DNA of 64,000 nt from Minisyncoccota bacterium (GCA_020059585.1 JAGVBU010000012.1:11079-75078); one strand, 5' to 3'. Positions 55,949 to 63,662 are shown, counted from the first letter of the stretch. Notes: generated from the sequence alone by a model not told the origin. Translations and numbers: made by a program.

Positions 55949-56082
55949 TCTAAATCTTTAAAGTAATTATCCAATACTTTCCTCGCTATTGCATAAATAG
56001 CGCCTCGAAGCTCTTCGAGTTCTTTGTCGGATAAATTATTTAGATCGGGGGCGATCTTTTTACACTCATCGAAGGTTAACAT
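55945..56082 (-). CDS. 45-aa ORF translationally coupled (ATGA overlap) to the serine recombinase; possible recombination directionality/regulatory factor
   Basis: MLTFDECKKIAPDLNNLSDKELEELRGAIYAIARKVLDNYFKDLE; its stop overlaps the recombinase start. Below the ORF-track threshold and found by hand. Confidence 0.3.
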   Translation of the reverse strand: MLTFDECKKIAPDLNNLSDKELEELRGAIYAIARKVLDNYFKDLE

Positions 56083-56471
56083 AGTGGCAAGAACAACAAA
56101 TAAAAAACGCCATTTTGGCGCTATTCCGATCTCTTAAGCGCCGAAGTAAACGGGCGATTAAGAGGAATAATTAGATTTGTTGTTTGTGCCGAAACGCTGG
56201 TTTCCGCACTAAGTTAACTCCCCCTGATTGATATTAAATTTTTAACTTTTTTAGTATAACACTTTCGTGCTAATATACAAACACAACTGAATAGCCATTA
56301 GGCAAACCTAACCCGTCGAGAAATCGGCGGTATGGTCCAAAAAACGGTTCAACGTACTAAGCTCCTAGTCAGAGCACGTTGAACCGTCATACGGGGAAAC
56401 CTGTATGGGTCCGCAAGGATCGCTGGCTGGGAGCTTTGTGTTTTCCCGCCAGCAACGAAAAACAAAATAAA

Positions 56472-56621
56472 ATGCCAAACTGGTTGCAAATAGTCGTTTT
56501 CATAATAGTCGGCTTCTCGCTGTTTTGGGGCGGAATTTATATTTTCTCCTGTATCAAAAGTGGTGAAAAATTAACTTGGAAAGGTCTCTTCGGTGCGATA
56601 ATCGGATCTATGTTCAAATGA
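56472..56621 (+). CDS. Small (49-aa) single/double-TM protein
   Basis: MPNWLQIVVFIIVGFSLFWGGIYIFSCIKSGEK... Confidence 0.3.
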   Translation: MPNWLQIVVFIIVGFSLFWGGIYIFSCIKSGEKLTWKGLFGAIIGSMFK

Positions 56622-56791
56622 AACAAAATGAGTATAAACTAATCGCTTTCTGGCTGTTCATTCTTCACTGGAGTTTTGTTATTGCTATAGCGATAAAATC
56701 AGAATACTTTTCCGGTTGGATTAAGTGGATTGTGTCTATATCACTTCTCGCCGCGGTTGTCTTTTATGTGTCGAGTGGTGAGAAAAAGTGA
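56576..56791 (+). CDS. Small (71-aa) 2-TM protein, overlapping the previous ORF
   Basis: Two hydrophobic helices; follows the preceding small ORF. Confidence 0.3.
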   Translation: MERSLRCDNRIYVQMKQNEYKLIAFWLFILHWSFVIAIAIKSEYFSGWIKWIVSISLLAAVVFYVSSGEKK

Positions 56792-57000
56792 ATATACCCC
56801 TTTGAAAAACTGATTTATTTTTCAAAAAATCAAACTGAAAAAACACGGCATTTGCTGTGTTTTTTCTTAAAATCTAGGTTTTTTAACCTAAAAACCTGTC
56901 GAAGTGTTTTACAACAGTAAAATTACTTATTTTTGGTCAAAAATGGCGCGGCGCATAATAAAAGGAGTTTACACGGCGCCGTCAAAAGGTGTAGAAAAAA

Positions 57001-58581
57001 CTACACTTTCGTTTTTTGTAGCTCGCTCAAGCAACCTACCGGTATAACTCCGTTTCTTGTGCTATCTTCCTTATCTCCGGTTCTAATAATACCGACAACG
57101 GATCCGGTTTTATTCAAGAGTGGTCCACCACTCATTCCGCCTGATATATTTTTTCCTATCATAATAAGATTCACGCCATTTCTTACGCGCCGCCCAACAC
57201 ATTTATCGAAAAATGTATATGGATCCATACCGGCGCCGTATTCAGGAAACCCCACCGCGATTAGGTCGGCTCCAACACTTGGTTCAATGATGTCTTTCTT
57301 AAGCGGGTATTCTTTCTGCCCACTTCCTGTGATTTTTAAAACTACTAAATCAATTGCTTTGGGTGCTTCTGCAATTTTTTCTAAAGAGAAGCGCGTGGTG
57401 ATCGAATCAGACCTAAAAGCCTTAAGTGCTGTACAAAAAACGTGCCCACAGGTGACGATTCCATACCCCTCTAAATCAAAACCTGTTCCTTGGTGATATC
57501 CACCCCCACAAGATTCGTCACACTCCAAGATCCATAAAGCTTTATAAGCCTTTTCTACATCTCCTAAAACATATCTAGGAGGCATACCAATAGCGCTACA
57601 GAATGAATTTTCCAATTTTTGATATATTCTATTTTCTTCTCCTCTTATAAATCTGATAAAGCTAATTTTCCCTTTTATGGTTTTGATTATGTTTTTCTCC
57701 GTCTTTTCATTTTCTTGAAATATTTTTTGAGCCCCGTCGGACCCATATTTTCTAACAAGAAAAATTAATGTTCTTATGTTTCTAATAAAATCGCGACCAA
57801 CATTCGTAAATTCATTCACAGTCAATCCGGTAACACGCTGTCTTTGTTTTTTTGTTTTTAATCTTGTCTTTTTTTCGTTAACAACAAACGAATTCTCTTT
57901 TATGAGATTTTCAAGAGTGCTACCAATGCAACCGTCTCCGTCAACAATACTTTGTCCAAACCTTTTTTCTGTTGTCGAAAATGTAATATCATCGGCGTAC
58001 CTTGTATAAAAACATCGGTTCTTAATAGCTAATCCTTGAATCTCGCTATCCAATCTCGAACAAACTATATTAGATAATATTGGAGACGTTGGCGCTCCTT
58101 GTGGCAGACTGCCATCAACACAACAAATATTTGCGACGCATTCGGCGACATTAGGGGGTAAATTATAAGGATTCGCCATCAGCACGCCTCTTACTCTTTT
58201 ATCAGATATAGATTGAAAAAAATCGCTCAGATCCAGGTTAAAAACAAGTTCTTTTCTTTTGTGTTTATCGGAATTCGTAAGTATAGTTTTATCCCTACAA
58301 AAACCGTGAGCTGGAGCCTTCTGTTTATATATTAAATATAAGCACTTAGAAAGTCTTCGTTGTATATTTTTTAAATACGGAATCGGTGCTCTTATGTCTC
58401 TGAGTCCACCCGACTTTTTTCTTATCTGGAATGTTTTATAAAACATTCCCTGTTTTCGATTCATTAAGGCTTTGAGCAGCTCTCTCCTAATACCTAAATA
58501 ATCAGCAACGTCGTCCGTTGTTTTTAGGCTCAAAAAGTCATTTTTTCTTTTTTTTTCTAATTCGTTTCTTGGCGTTCCCAT
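57001..58581 (-). CDS. Retron-type reverse transcriptase fused to a C-terminal trypsin-like (S1) serine-protease domain
   Basis: RT motifs: KKSGGLRDIRAP (motifs 1/2), FNLDLSDFFQSI (A), LPQGAPTSPILSNI (B'), YTRYADDITF (C, YADD), QRVTGLTVN (retron-specific VTG). C-terminal ~190 aa has the His/Asp/Ser triad context GIVTCGHV...DLVVLKI...GMSGGPLL (compare GDSGGP). Confidence 0.8.
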   Translation of the reverse strand: MGTPRNELEKKRKNDFLSLKTTDDVADYLGIRRELLKALMNRKQGMFYKTFQIRKKSGGLRDIRAPIPYLKNIQRRLSKCLYLIYKQKAPAHGFCRDKTILTNSDKHKRKELVFNLDLSDFFQSISDKRVRGVLMANPYNLPPNVAECVANICCVDGSLPQGAPTSPILSNIVCSRLDSEIQGLAIKNRCFYTRYADDITFSTTEKRFGQSIVDGDGCIGSTLENLIKENSFVVNEKKTRLKTKKQRQRVTGLTVNEFTNVGRDFIRNIRTLIFLVRKYGSDGAQKIFQENEKTEKNIIKTIKGKISFIRFIRGEENRIYQKLENSFCSAIGMPPRYVLGDVEKAYKALWILECDESCGGGYHQGTGFDLEGYGIVTCGHVFCTALKAFRSDSITTRFSLEKIAEAPKAIDLVVLKITGSGQKEYPLKKDIIEPSVGADLIAVGFPEYGAGMDPYTFFDKCVGRRVRNGVNLIMIGKNISGGMSGGPLLNKTGSVVGIIRTGDKEDSTRNGVIPVGCLSELQKTKV

Positions 58582-58591
58582 ACTCTATCTT

Positions 58592-58719
58592 TGGGGAATA
58601 TAAGATTCTTGAAACATAAAACATCTATAAAACACAAAACGCGTAAACCGCGAAGCCAATATTGTGCCATTTAGGCAGGACCGCGAATACACAGCCCGAA
58701 GGCAATCTTATATTCCCCA
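58592..58719 (-). ncRNA. Candidate retron msr/msd non-coding RNA flanked by a1/a2 inverted repeats
   Basis: Perfect 16-nt inverted repeat tggggaatataagatt (58592-58607) / aatcttatattcccca (58704-58719) encloses 96 nt with hairpins (GCC-UUCG-GGC, CGCG-GUUUA-CGCG). There is a G immediately 3' of a1 (branching-G position) and the a2 repeat lies 12 nt upstream of the RT start codon. Confidence 0.6.
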
Positions 58720-58775
58720 CCATAGTATGCGCCAAAGAAAATGTGAATTCAAACCACTTATTTAAGAAGAGACGC

Positions 58776-59675
58776 CTATTCTGTAAAAGGAAGTTTTATT
58801 TGTACTGCCGCACTGCGATGATCTAATACTTTGTTAATTGAGTATTCGGTCTTGATCTGTCCATTTGTAAGAAATTGTTTTCTTCTTAAGAAAACTTTTA
58901 AAACATCGTCCTTTGCAAAATATTTCTCGTTTTTTTGAACCCTTCTCACAAAATCCGGATCGGATATTTCGGCAAAAAACGTAGAGCTTCCATCAGAAAA
59001 ACGCCACTTCCCCTCCTCCTGAAATGAAATGTTTACTATCTGTAGATTTGTTTCAATTTCTCTTTCGTCAATTAATTCCTCTTCGGCTTCTGGGGCTGTA
59101 AAATATTCTGCTTCCTCTTTTGTTATTTCTATTTTTTTCCCGTCGTGCTCAAACTTTACCTTATCAACACCCTCTCTAGAAAGTGGTGCGGATATTACAG
59201 CTTCAATACTCTTTCTTATATTTAAAAATCTAAAGAGCTGGATTTCTTTCTTCGTTGCAATTTTTACTTCTCCGTTTTCTACCTCCACCTTATAATCGCC
59301 CGTATCTAATTCTACTATGCTTTTTATAGGGCGCTTTTTTAGAAACTTGATGAGACCAACAACGCCGCCAACACCGCCAAGTCCGAGAACTCCGATAAGC
59401 TCTTTGGCGTTTATTATTGCGGTTACTTCGTCGCTTCCAAAAAGTGTCTTCGCTTGATCAAGAAGACCTTGTGTAACAGAAAGTAAAACTTCTACAGACC
59501 CCGGTTCTGTTGCTTTTATTTTTACAGCGATTCTAACTCTCTCGCCGTTTAAGATTTGATTTGAGTTTTCGAATAATTCTCCCACAGCCAGTAACGCGGG
59601 CGCGAGATCTTTTACATCCATTTCATTCCGCTCAAGCGCAATTCCTCCATATCCTAGTTTAAAAAATTCATCCAT
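58776..59675 (-). CDS. Hypothetical 299-aa protein, co-oriented and immediately upstream of the retron ncRNA/RT (possible accessory or effector partner)
   Basis: No recognisable motif (a Gly-rich GLGGVGGVVGLIKFL segment). Ends 57 nt before the a1 repeat. Confidence 0.4.
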   Translation of the reverse strand: MDEFFKLGYGGIALERNEMDVKDLAPALLAVGELFENSNQILNGERVRIAVKIKATEPGSVEVLLSVTQGLLDQAKTLFGSDEVTAIINAKELIGVLGLGGVGGVVGLIKFLKKRPIKSIVELDTGDYKVEVENGEVKIATKKEIQLFRFLNIRKSIEAVISAPLSREGVDKVKFEHDGKKIEITKEEAEYFTAPEAEEELIDEREIETNLQIVNISFQEEGKWRFSDGSSTFFAEISDPDFVRRVQKNEKYFAKDDVLKVFLRRKQFLTNGQIKTEYSINKVLDHRSAAVQIKLPFTE

Positions 59676-59711
59676 ATTTCTTAAAAAGAAAAATTACCGA
59701 TAAAAATTCAT

Positions 59712-59734
59712 ATATGTGTATATTATACACATAT
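59712..59734. promoter_or_regulatory. Perfect 11-bp palindrome atatgtgtata-t-tatacacatat (candidate operator) 37 nt upstream of the 299-aa gene start
   Basis: Perfect inverted repeat with a 1-nt spacer in the divergent intergenic region. Confidence 0.4.
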
Positions 59735-59964
59735 TTTTCCCAGGATGTGTACCTATTTCTCTATTATTCCACGCAAACAAATGGTTTTTTTGTGCCTTTT
59801 AATATCGAACTTATCTCAAAAATGTATGATTCAAGCTGGTTCCAATATTTTCGAACGGTGTCCACCACTTCGCCCCTCCCACAAGGAGGGGCTTCGCGGT
59901 GCGCAGCACTGCGGAAGGAAGTGGTGAACCCCGCGTAAGTTCACTGAAGTGGGGTGTATATAAA

Positions 59965-59993
59965 TTGACATAATAAGATTTATATTATATAAT
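59965..59993 (+). promoter_or_regulatory. Consensus sigma70-type promoter TTGACA-17-TATAAT
   Basis: TTGACA at 59965-59970, 17-nt spacer, TATAAT at 59988-59993, ~95 nt upstream of the 60089 CDS. Confidence 0.55.
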
Positions 59994-60088
59994 AATAGGG
60001 CACTTTTAATAAATAAATACTGGCCGAATGGCGGTATCGATTAACAAAAAACCGGAGCAATTCGCTCTATAACCTAAGGAGGTTAGAA

Positions 60089-61252
60089 ATGTCACAGCAG
60101 ATCAGAAGAATAGTAACCCACGAAGACCCCCATCTCGACGAGATTGCGGCACTATGGCTCATTCTACGATTCGGAAAGGAAAAATTTCCAGGTGCGGAGA
60201 ATGTGTTTGTAGAACTCGTCGATAACAACGCACAAGTAACTCCCGAAAAGGGATTACTCGCGCTTGGCGTCGGCGGCGGTATGTTCGATGAACACCCCAA
60301 ACCGAACAAAGCAAGAAAAAGCGACGAATGCACCGCGACACTAATCGCAAAGTATATCGGCGTTGATATGGATGATGAAAATATCGTTCGTATCCTGAAT
60401 TTCGTAAAAAATGCCGATCTTAAGGCAAGCGGCGGAACATTCGACCTCGCGCAGATGGTAAAAATCCTTCACGCGCAAAAAATGGAGACCGAAGAAGTAA
60501 TAGCGTGGGCGTTTATGGCGCTCGACGTGAAGATGGACGATCCGCGTGAAAGCGGAGACTTCTCTCTTCAATATATCGCGTTTCTTTTGCGGGAAATGAA
60601 TCCGAACGAACCGGAAATCGCGTACGAATGGTTCAAAATCGGAATGGAGGCGAAACTCGTTGATCAAACAAAATTCTTCGCGGATACCTACGGCGAATTC
60701 CACAATAATGCTAATGTTGAGGAGATTAAGAGTCTTAAAAGGACCCTTACTCTCGTATCAATACGATCAGACAATGATCAGATGGCAAAAATCGCTCGCT
60801 CAAAAAAACATGGTGCAGATGCCGATATAGTCCTCCAGATAAATTCTTCGGGAAACGTGGGAATTTACACGAATCAGAAACATGGGAAAATCAACCTTGA
60901 ATCCCTCGTGCGCATGCTGAATGCGGAAGAGCAGCGCATGCGGAAGGATATTCATACTACCGACTGGGACGCGCTCTCTGCGGAAGGAATGATCCCGAAT
61001 GGATTCTGGTACTACCATATTCAGGGACAATTTGTTCTTAACGGATCGAAGACGGCGCACGTTGAGCCGACAAAGATACCGTTTGAGAGAATTGTTGAAA
61101 TGGTAAAAATCTCCATGTATCCGAAAGATGAAATGGAGAAACACTGTGATCTCAAAACCTGCGTTTCTTCAAGAAAAAAACCGTGCCCATTATACGCTTT
61201 CGGACTTGGGGCGTGCAGAAAAATCCGATACGACTCGAAATACAAGAAATAA
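60089..61252 (+). CDS. MYG1/UPF0160-like metal-dependent hydrolase (tentative)
   Basis: N-terminus IVTHEDPHLDEIAALWLIL matches the MYG1 pattern (IGTHNGTFHCDEALACALL); GVGGGMFDEH resembles the MYG1 VDVGG..YD..HH block. Confidence 0.35.
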   Translation: MSQQIRRIVTHEDPHLDEIAALWLILRFGKEKFPGAENVFVELVDNNAQVTPEKGLLALGVGGGMFDEHPKPNKARKSDECTATLIAKYIGVDMDDENIVRILNFVKNADLKASGGTFDLAQMVKILHAQKMETEEVIAWAFMALDVKMDDPRESGDFSLQYIAFLLREMNPNEPEIAYEWFKIGMEAKLVDQTKFFADTYGEFHNNANVEEIKSLKRTLTLVSIRSDNDQMAKIARSKKHGADADIVLQINSSGNVGIYTNQKHGKINLESLVRMLNAEEQRMRKDIHTTDWDALSAEGMIPNGFWYYHIQGQFVLNGSKTAHVEPTKIPFERIVEMVKISMYPKDEMEKHCDLKTCVSSRKKPCPLYAFGLGACRKIRYDSKYKK

Positions 61253-61355
61253 TTAATATTCCAAAAGAGAGGCATTATCACGCCTCTCTTTTTTTTGACA
61301 ATCCAAAGACTTCGTCATATACCTAGAATCAGAACCATAAAAAAGGAAGGAATAT

Positions 61356-61904
61356 ATGGAATCTATCGAAAGAACGATCACATTCTCGATACTAGATCCG
61401 GAGGAACTCTCCGAAGATGAGAAAGAACTCCTCTTCGCGGCATATGAGGCTCGGCAAAAAGCACAGGCCCCCTATTCGAAATATATGGTAGGCGCCGCAA
61501 TACGAGTGTGGAATGGAAACGAAATATTCACCGGATGTAATGTCGAAAGAGCATCATATACTCAGACGACACACGCTGAACAGGCGGCAATAGACGCGGC
61601 GGTAGGAAAATACGGACCAAAAACAAAACTGAAAAAGATCGCGATTGTCTCTGCTCCCGAGGGCGTAGAAATACCAATATCGTTCGTAGAAGACCTAGAG
61701 TGGACTATTCAATTTGCCCACCCATTCGATCCGATCAACCAGCCAATTGTCCCCTGCGGGCATTGTATGCAAATTATCTGGGAAAATTGCCAAGGAGACG
61801 ATTTGATCGAGCTGCTTGCGATCCACCAAAGCGGAAGCGTCACAAAAACAACGATTGGACATGCATTCCCTTGGAAGTTCGGACCTGAAGACATTAAAAA
61901 ATAA
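61356..61904 (+). CDS. cdd: Cytidine deaminase
   Basis: Zinc-binding motifs HAEQAAI and PCGHCMQ. Confidence 0.75.
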   Translation: MESIERTITFSILDPEELSEDEKELLFAAYEARQKAQAPYSKYMVGAAIRVWNGNEIFTGCNVERASYTQTTHAEQAAIDAAVGKYGPKTKLKKIAIVSAPEGVEIPISFVEDLEWTIQFAHPFDPINQPIVPCGHCMQIIWENCQGDDLIELLAIHQSGSVTKTTIGHAFPWKFGPEDIKK

Positions 61905-61985
61905 ATAAGATGAAAAAATAATACCGGCACCTCTGCCGGTTTTTTATACTTCCTTTTTTGGAAGTACCTATGGTATGATGACAGC

Positions 61986-62486
61986 ATCGAAAACAGGATA
62001 AACAATCAAATAACCGCACCGGAAGTCCGCGTCATCGGAGAGGACTCGGAGAGTATCGGTATTATGACACGCGCTGAAGCGCTTGCGCTCGCGAAGGAAA
62101 AGGGGCTGGATCTCATAGAGATCGCGCCGATGGGAAAACCCCCAGTCGTACGCATCATGAGCTTCGATAAATTCCGATATCACAGAGAGAAAGAGGAGAA
62201 AAAACAGCGTCAAGCGCAGAAGAATAAGGAAATGAAGCAGGTGCGCATCACGCCCCGCGCGGCCCTGAACGATTTTCAGATAAAAGCGAGAAAGGTAGAT
62301 GAATTCTTAAAGGAGGGTCACCGTGTAGAAATAAATATATTTCTTCGTGGACGCGAAAAATACAATAAAGAATGGGCGCTGAAGAAGCTCGCGGAATTTC
62401 TCACACTTATTCAGGAACCACATCAAAAAATGGGAGAACCGAAACAGGGAGGAAGGGGGTATGTGATACAGGTAATGAAAAAATAG
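61986..62486 (+). CDS. infC: Translation initiation factor IF-3, probably starting at a non-AUG codon (candidate ATC at 61986)
   Basis: The in-frame region upstream of the first ATG (62064) encodes ...NRINNQITAPEVRVIGEDSESIG, homologous to the IF-3 N-domain (NRINGEIRAQEVRLTG...EQLGIV). No in-frame ATG exists upstream. IF-3 genes classically use AUU/AUC/AUA starts. The C-domain ...HRVEINIFLRGRE is typical. Confidence 0.8.
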   Translation: MENRINNQITAPEVRVIGEDSESIGIMTRAEALALAKEKGLDLIEIAPMGKPPVVRIMSFDKFRYHREKEEKKQRQAQKNKEMKQVRITPRAALNDFQIKARKVDEFLKEGHRVEINIFLRGREKYNKEWALKKLAEFLTLIQEPHQKMGEPKQGGRGYVIQVMKK

Positions 62487-62574
62487 TTATTTGATTGGAT
62501 TTTCAGCGCGGGGTTGCAAAAGAACCGCAAAACCCGTAGAATACGGAACGTTGCTTTCATAGCACACCACATTT

Positions 62575-62745
62575 ATGCAAAAGAGCATCACAAAAAGAAT
62601 ACAGGTCACGCGACAGGGAAAAGTGCGGCGTCGCGCCACCGCGCTCGGACATTCGCGGAGCAACAAGAGCCAGAAACAGTTTCTTCGCAAAAAAAATAAG
62701 CGGGGAATGTATATAAAAACCAAAACACTGAAAAAGTACATATGA
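62575..62745 (+). CDS. rpmI: 50S ribosomal protein L35
   Basis: 56-aa ORF MQKSITKRIQVTRQGKVRRRATALGHSRSNKSQKQFLRKKNKRGMYIKTKTLKKYI, below the ORF-track cutoff; its stop overlaps the rplT start (ATGA). Classic infC-rpmI-rplT order. Confidence 0.7.
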   Translation: MQKSITKRIQVTRQGKVRRRATALGHSRSNKSQKQFLRKKNKRGMYIKTKTLKKYI

Positions 62746-63086
62746 CACGCGTAAAACGGGGCACTATCGCCCACAAAAAGAGAGAGAAACTTCTCAAAAA
62801 GACAAAGGGATTTAAATGGGGAAGAAAATCCAAGGAACGGGCGGCAAAGGAAGCGCTTCTTCATTCTCAGAGCCGCGCATTCAAAGGAAGAAAGGAGAAA
62901 AAAAGGGTCTATCGTCAACTCTGGCAGGTGCAGATTAATGCGGCAGTCCGTGAGGAGGGAATAAGCTACAGCGCATTCATAAAAAAGCTTAAAGACAAGA
63001 AGGTGGGCATAGACAGAAAGATGCTCGCGGAAATTGCGAAAAAAGAGCCTCAAATATTCAAAAAAATAGTTGAGTTTGTAAAATAA
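62742..63086 (+). CDS. rplT: 50S ribosomal protein L20
   Basis: MTRVKRGTIAHKKREKLLKKTKGF...RQLWQVQINAAVRE matches the L20 signature. Confidence 0.9.
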   Translation: MTRVKRGTIAHKKREKLLKKTKGFKWGRKSKERAAKEALLHSQSRAFKGRKEKKRVYRQLWQVQINAAVREEGISYSAFIKKLKDKKVGIDRKMLAEIAKKEPQIFKKIVEFVK

Positions 63087-63089
63087 AAA

Positions 63090-63125
63090 CAACAAAAACC
63101 CCCGTCAGTCCATGGACTGACGGGG
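63090..63125 (+). terminator. Rho-independent terminator (cccccgtcagtcc-atg-gactgacggggg-ttttg)
   Basis: 13-bp GC-rich stem plus T-run after rplT. Confidence 0.6.
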
Positions 63126-63128
63126 GTT

Positions 63129-63623
63129 TTGACTTACGATGTCTTTCGTGGTTTTATACAAGCAGAATCCTTACATACACAAAAGAGGTGTGTCATGCGT
63201 GAACGCAAAAAAACCGGATGGATCCCCCTTGTGGTGGTGATCGTCCTTGGACTTCTCCTCCTTCTCCTGAACTATAATCCCGGCCCAAGCGCCGAGGACA
63301 TACAAAAATTCGAATCCTTGAAAGTCGAATGCGCGCAGCTTGAATCAATGAGCAAATCGATAGAAAAGAAGGAATCGGAAATTGCTATGCTCCAAGATAA
63401 GCTTAAAACGAAACTAACGAGAAAAGAGAAAAAAGCGCTTCCCGTGCAGCTCGGACTCCTTAATCAGGAAAATGATAGCCTGAAAGAGAACTATAAGGCC
63501 CGATTATCAGCATACGAAAAAAGAGTGAAAGAGCTTCCGAAAGAACTCGCGGATTCTCTGAAAAATTTCCAATCTGGAAACGGCGTAACGCCTCCTCCTC
63601 CCCGTCTAATTCCTCCGGACTAG
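63129..63623 (+). CDS. Hypothetical membrane-anchored coiled-coil protein with a Pro-rich C-terminus
   Basis: N-terminal TM (WIPLVVVIVLGLLLLLL), helical middle region, PPPPRLIPPD tail. Confidence 0.4.
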   Translation: MTYDVFRGFIQAESLHTQKRCVMRERKKTGWIPLVVVIVLGLLLLLLNYNPGPSAEDIQKFESLKVECAQLESMSKSIEKKESEIAMLQDKLKTKLTRKEKKALPVQLGLLNQENDSLKENYKARLSAYEKRVKELPKELADSLKNFQSGNGVTPPPPRLIPPD

Positions 63624-63662
63624 GCGAAAAATTTACACCCCGAATACAATCGGGGTGTTTTT

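Noticed and set aside
56343-56387. Considered whether the IR containing cggttcaac is a duplicated tmRNA T-loop (attR)
   Set aside because: Only the 9-nt cggttcaac is shared with the tmRNA T arm; no flanking identity. It is more likely a local operator or hairpin.
56933-57496. 187-aa plus-strand ORF antisense to the C-terminal protease domain of the RT gene
   Set aside because: It is fully embedded antisense in a CDS with strong motif support; typical antisense shadow ORF.
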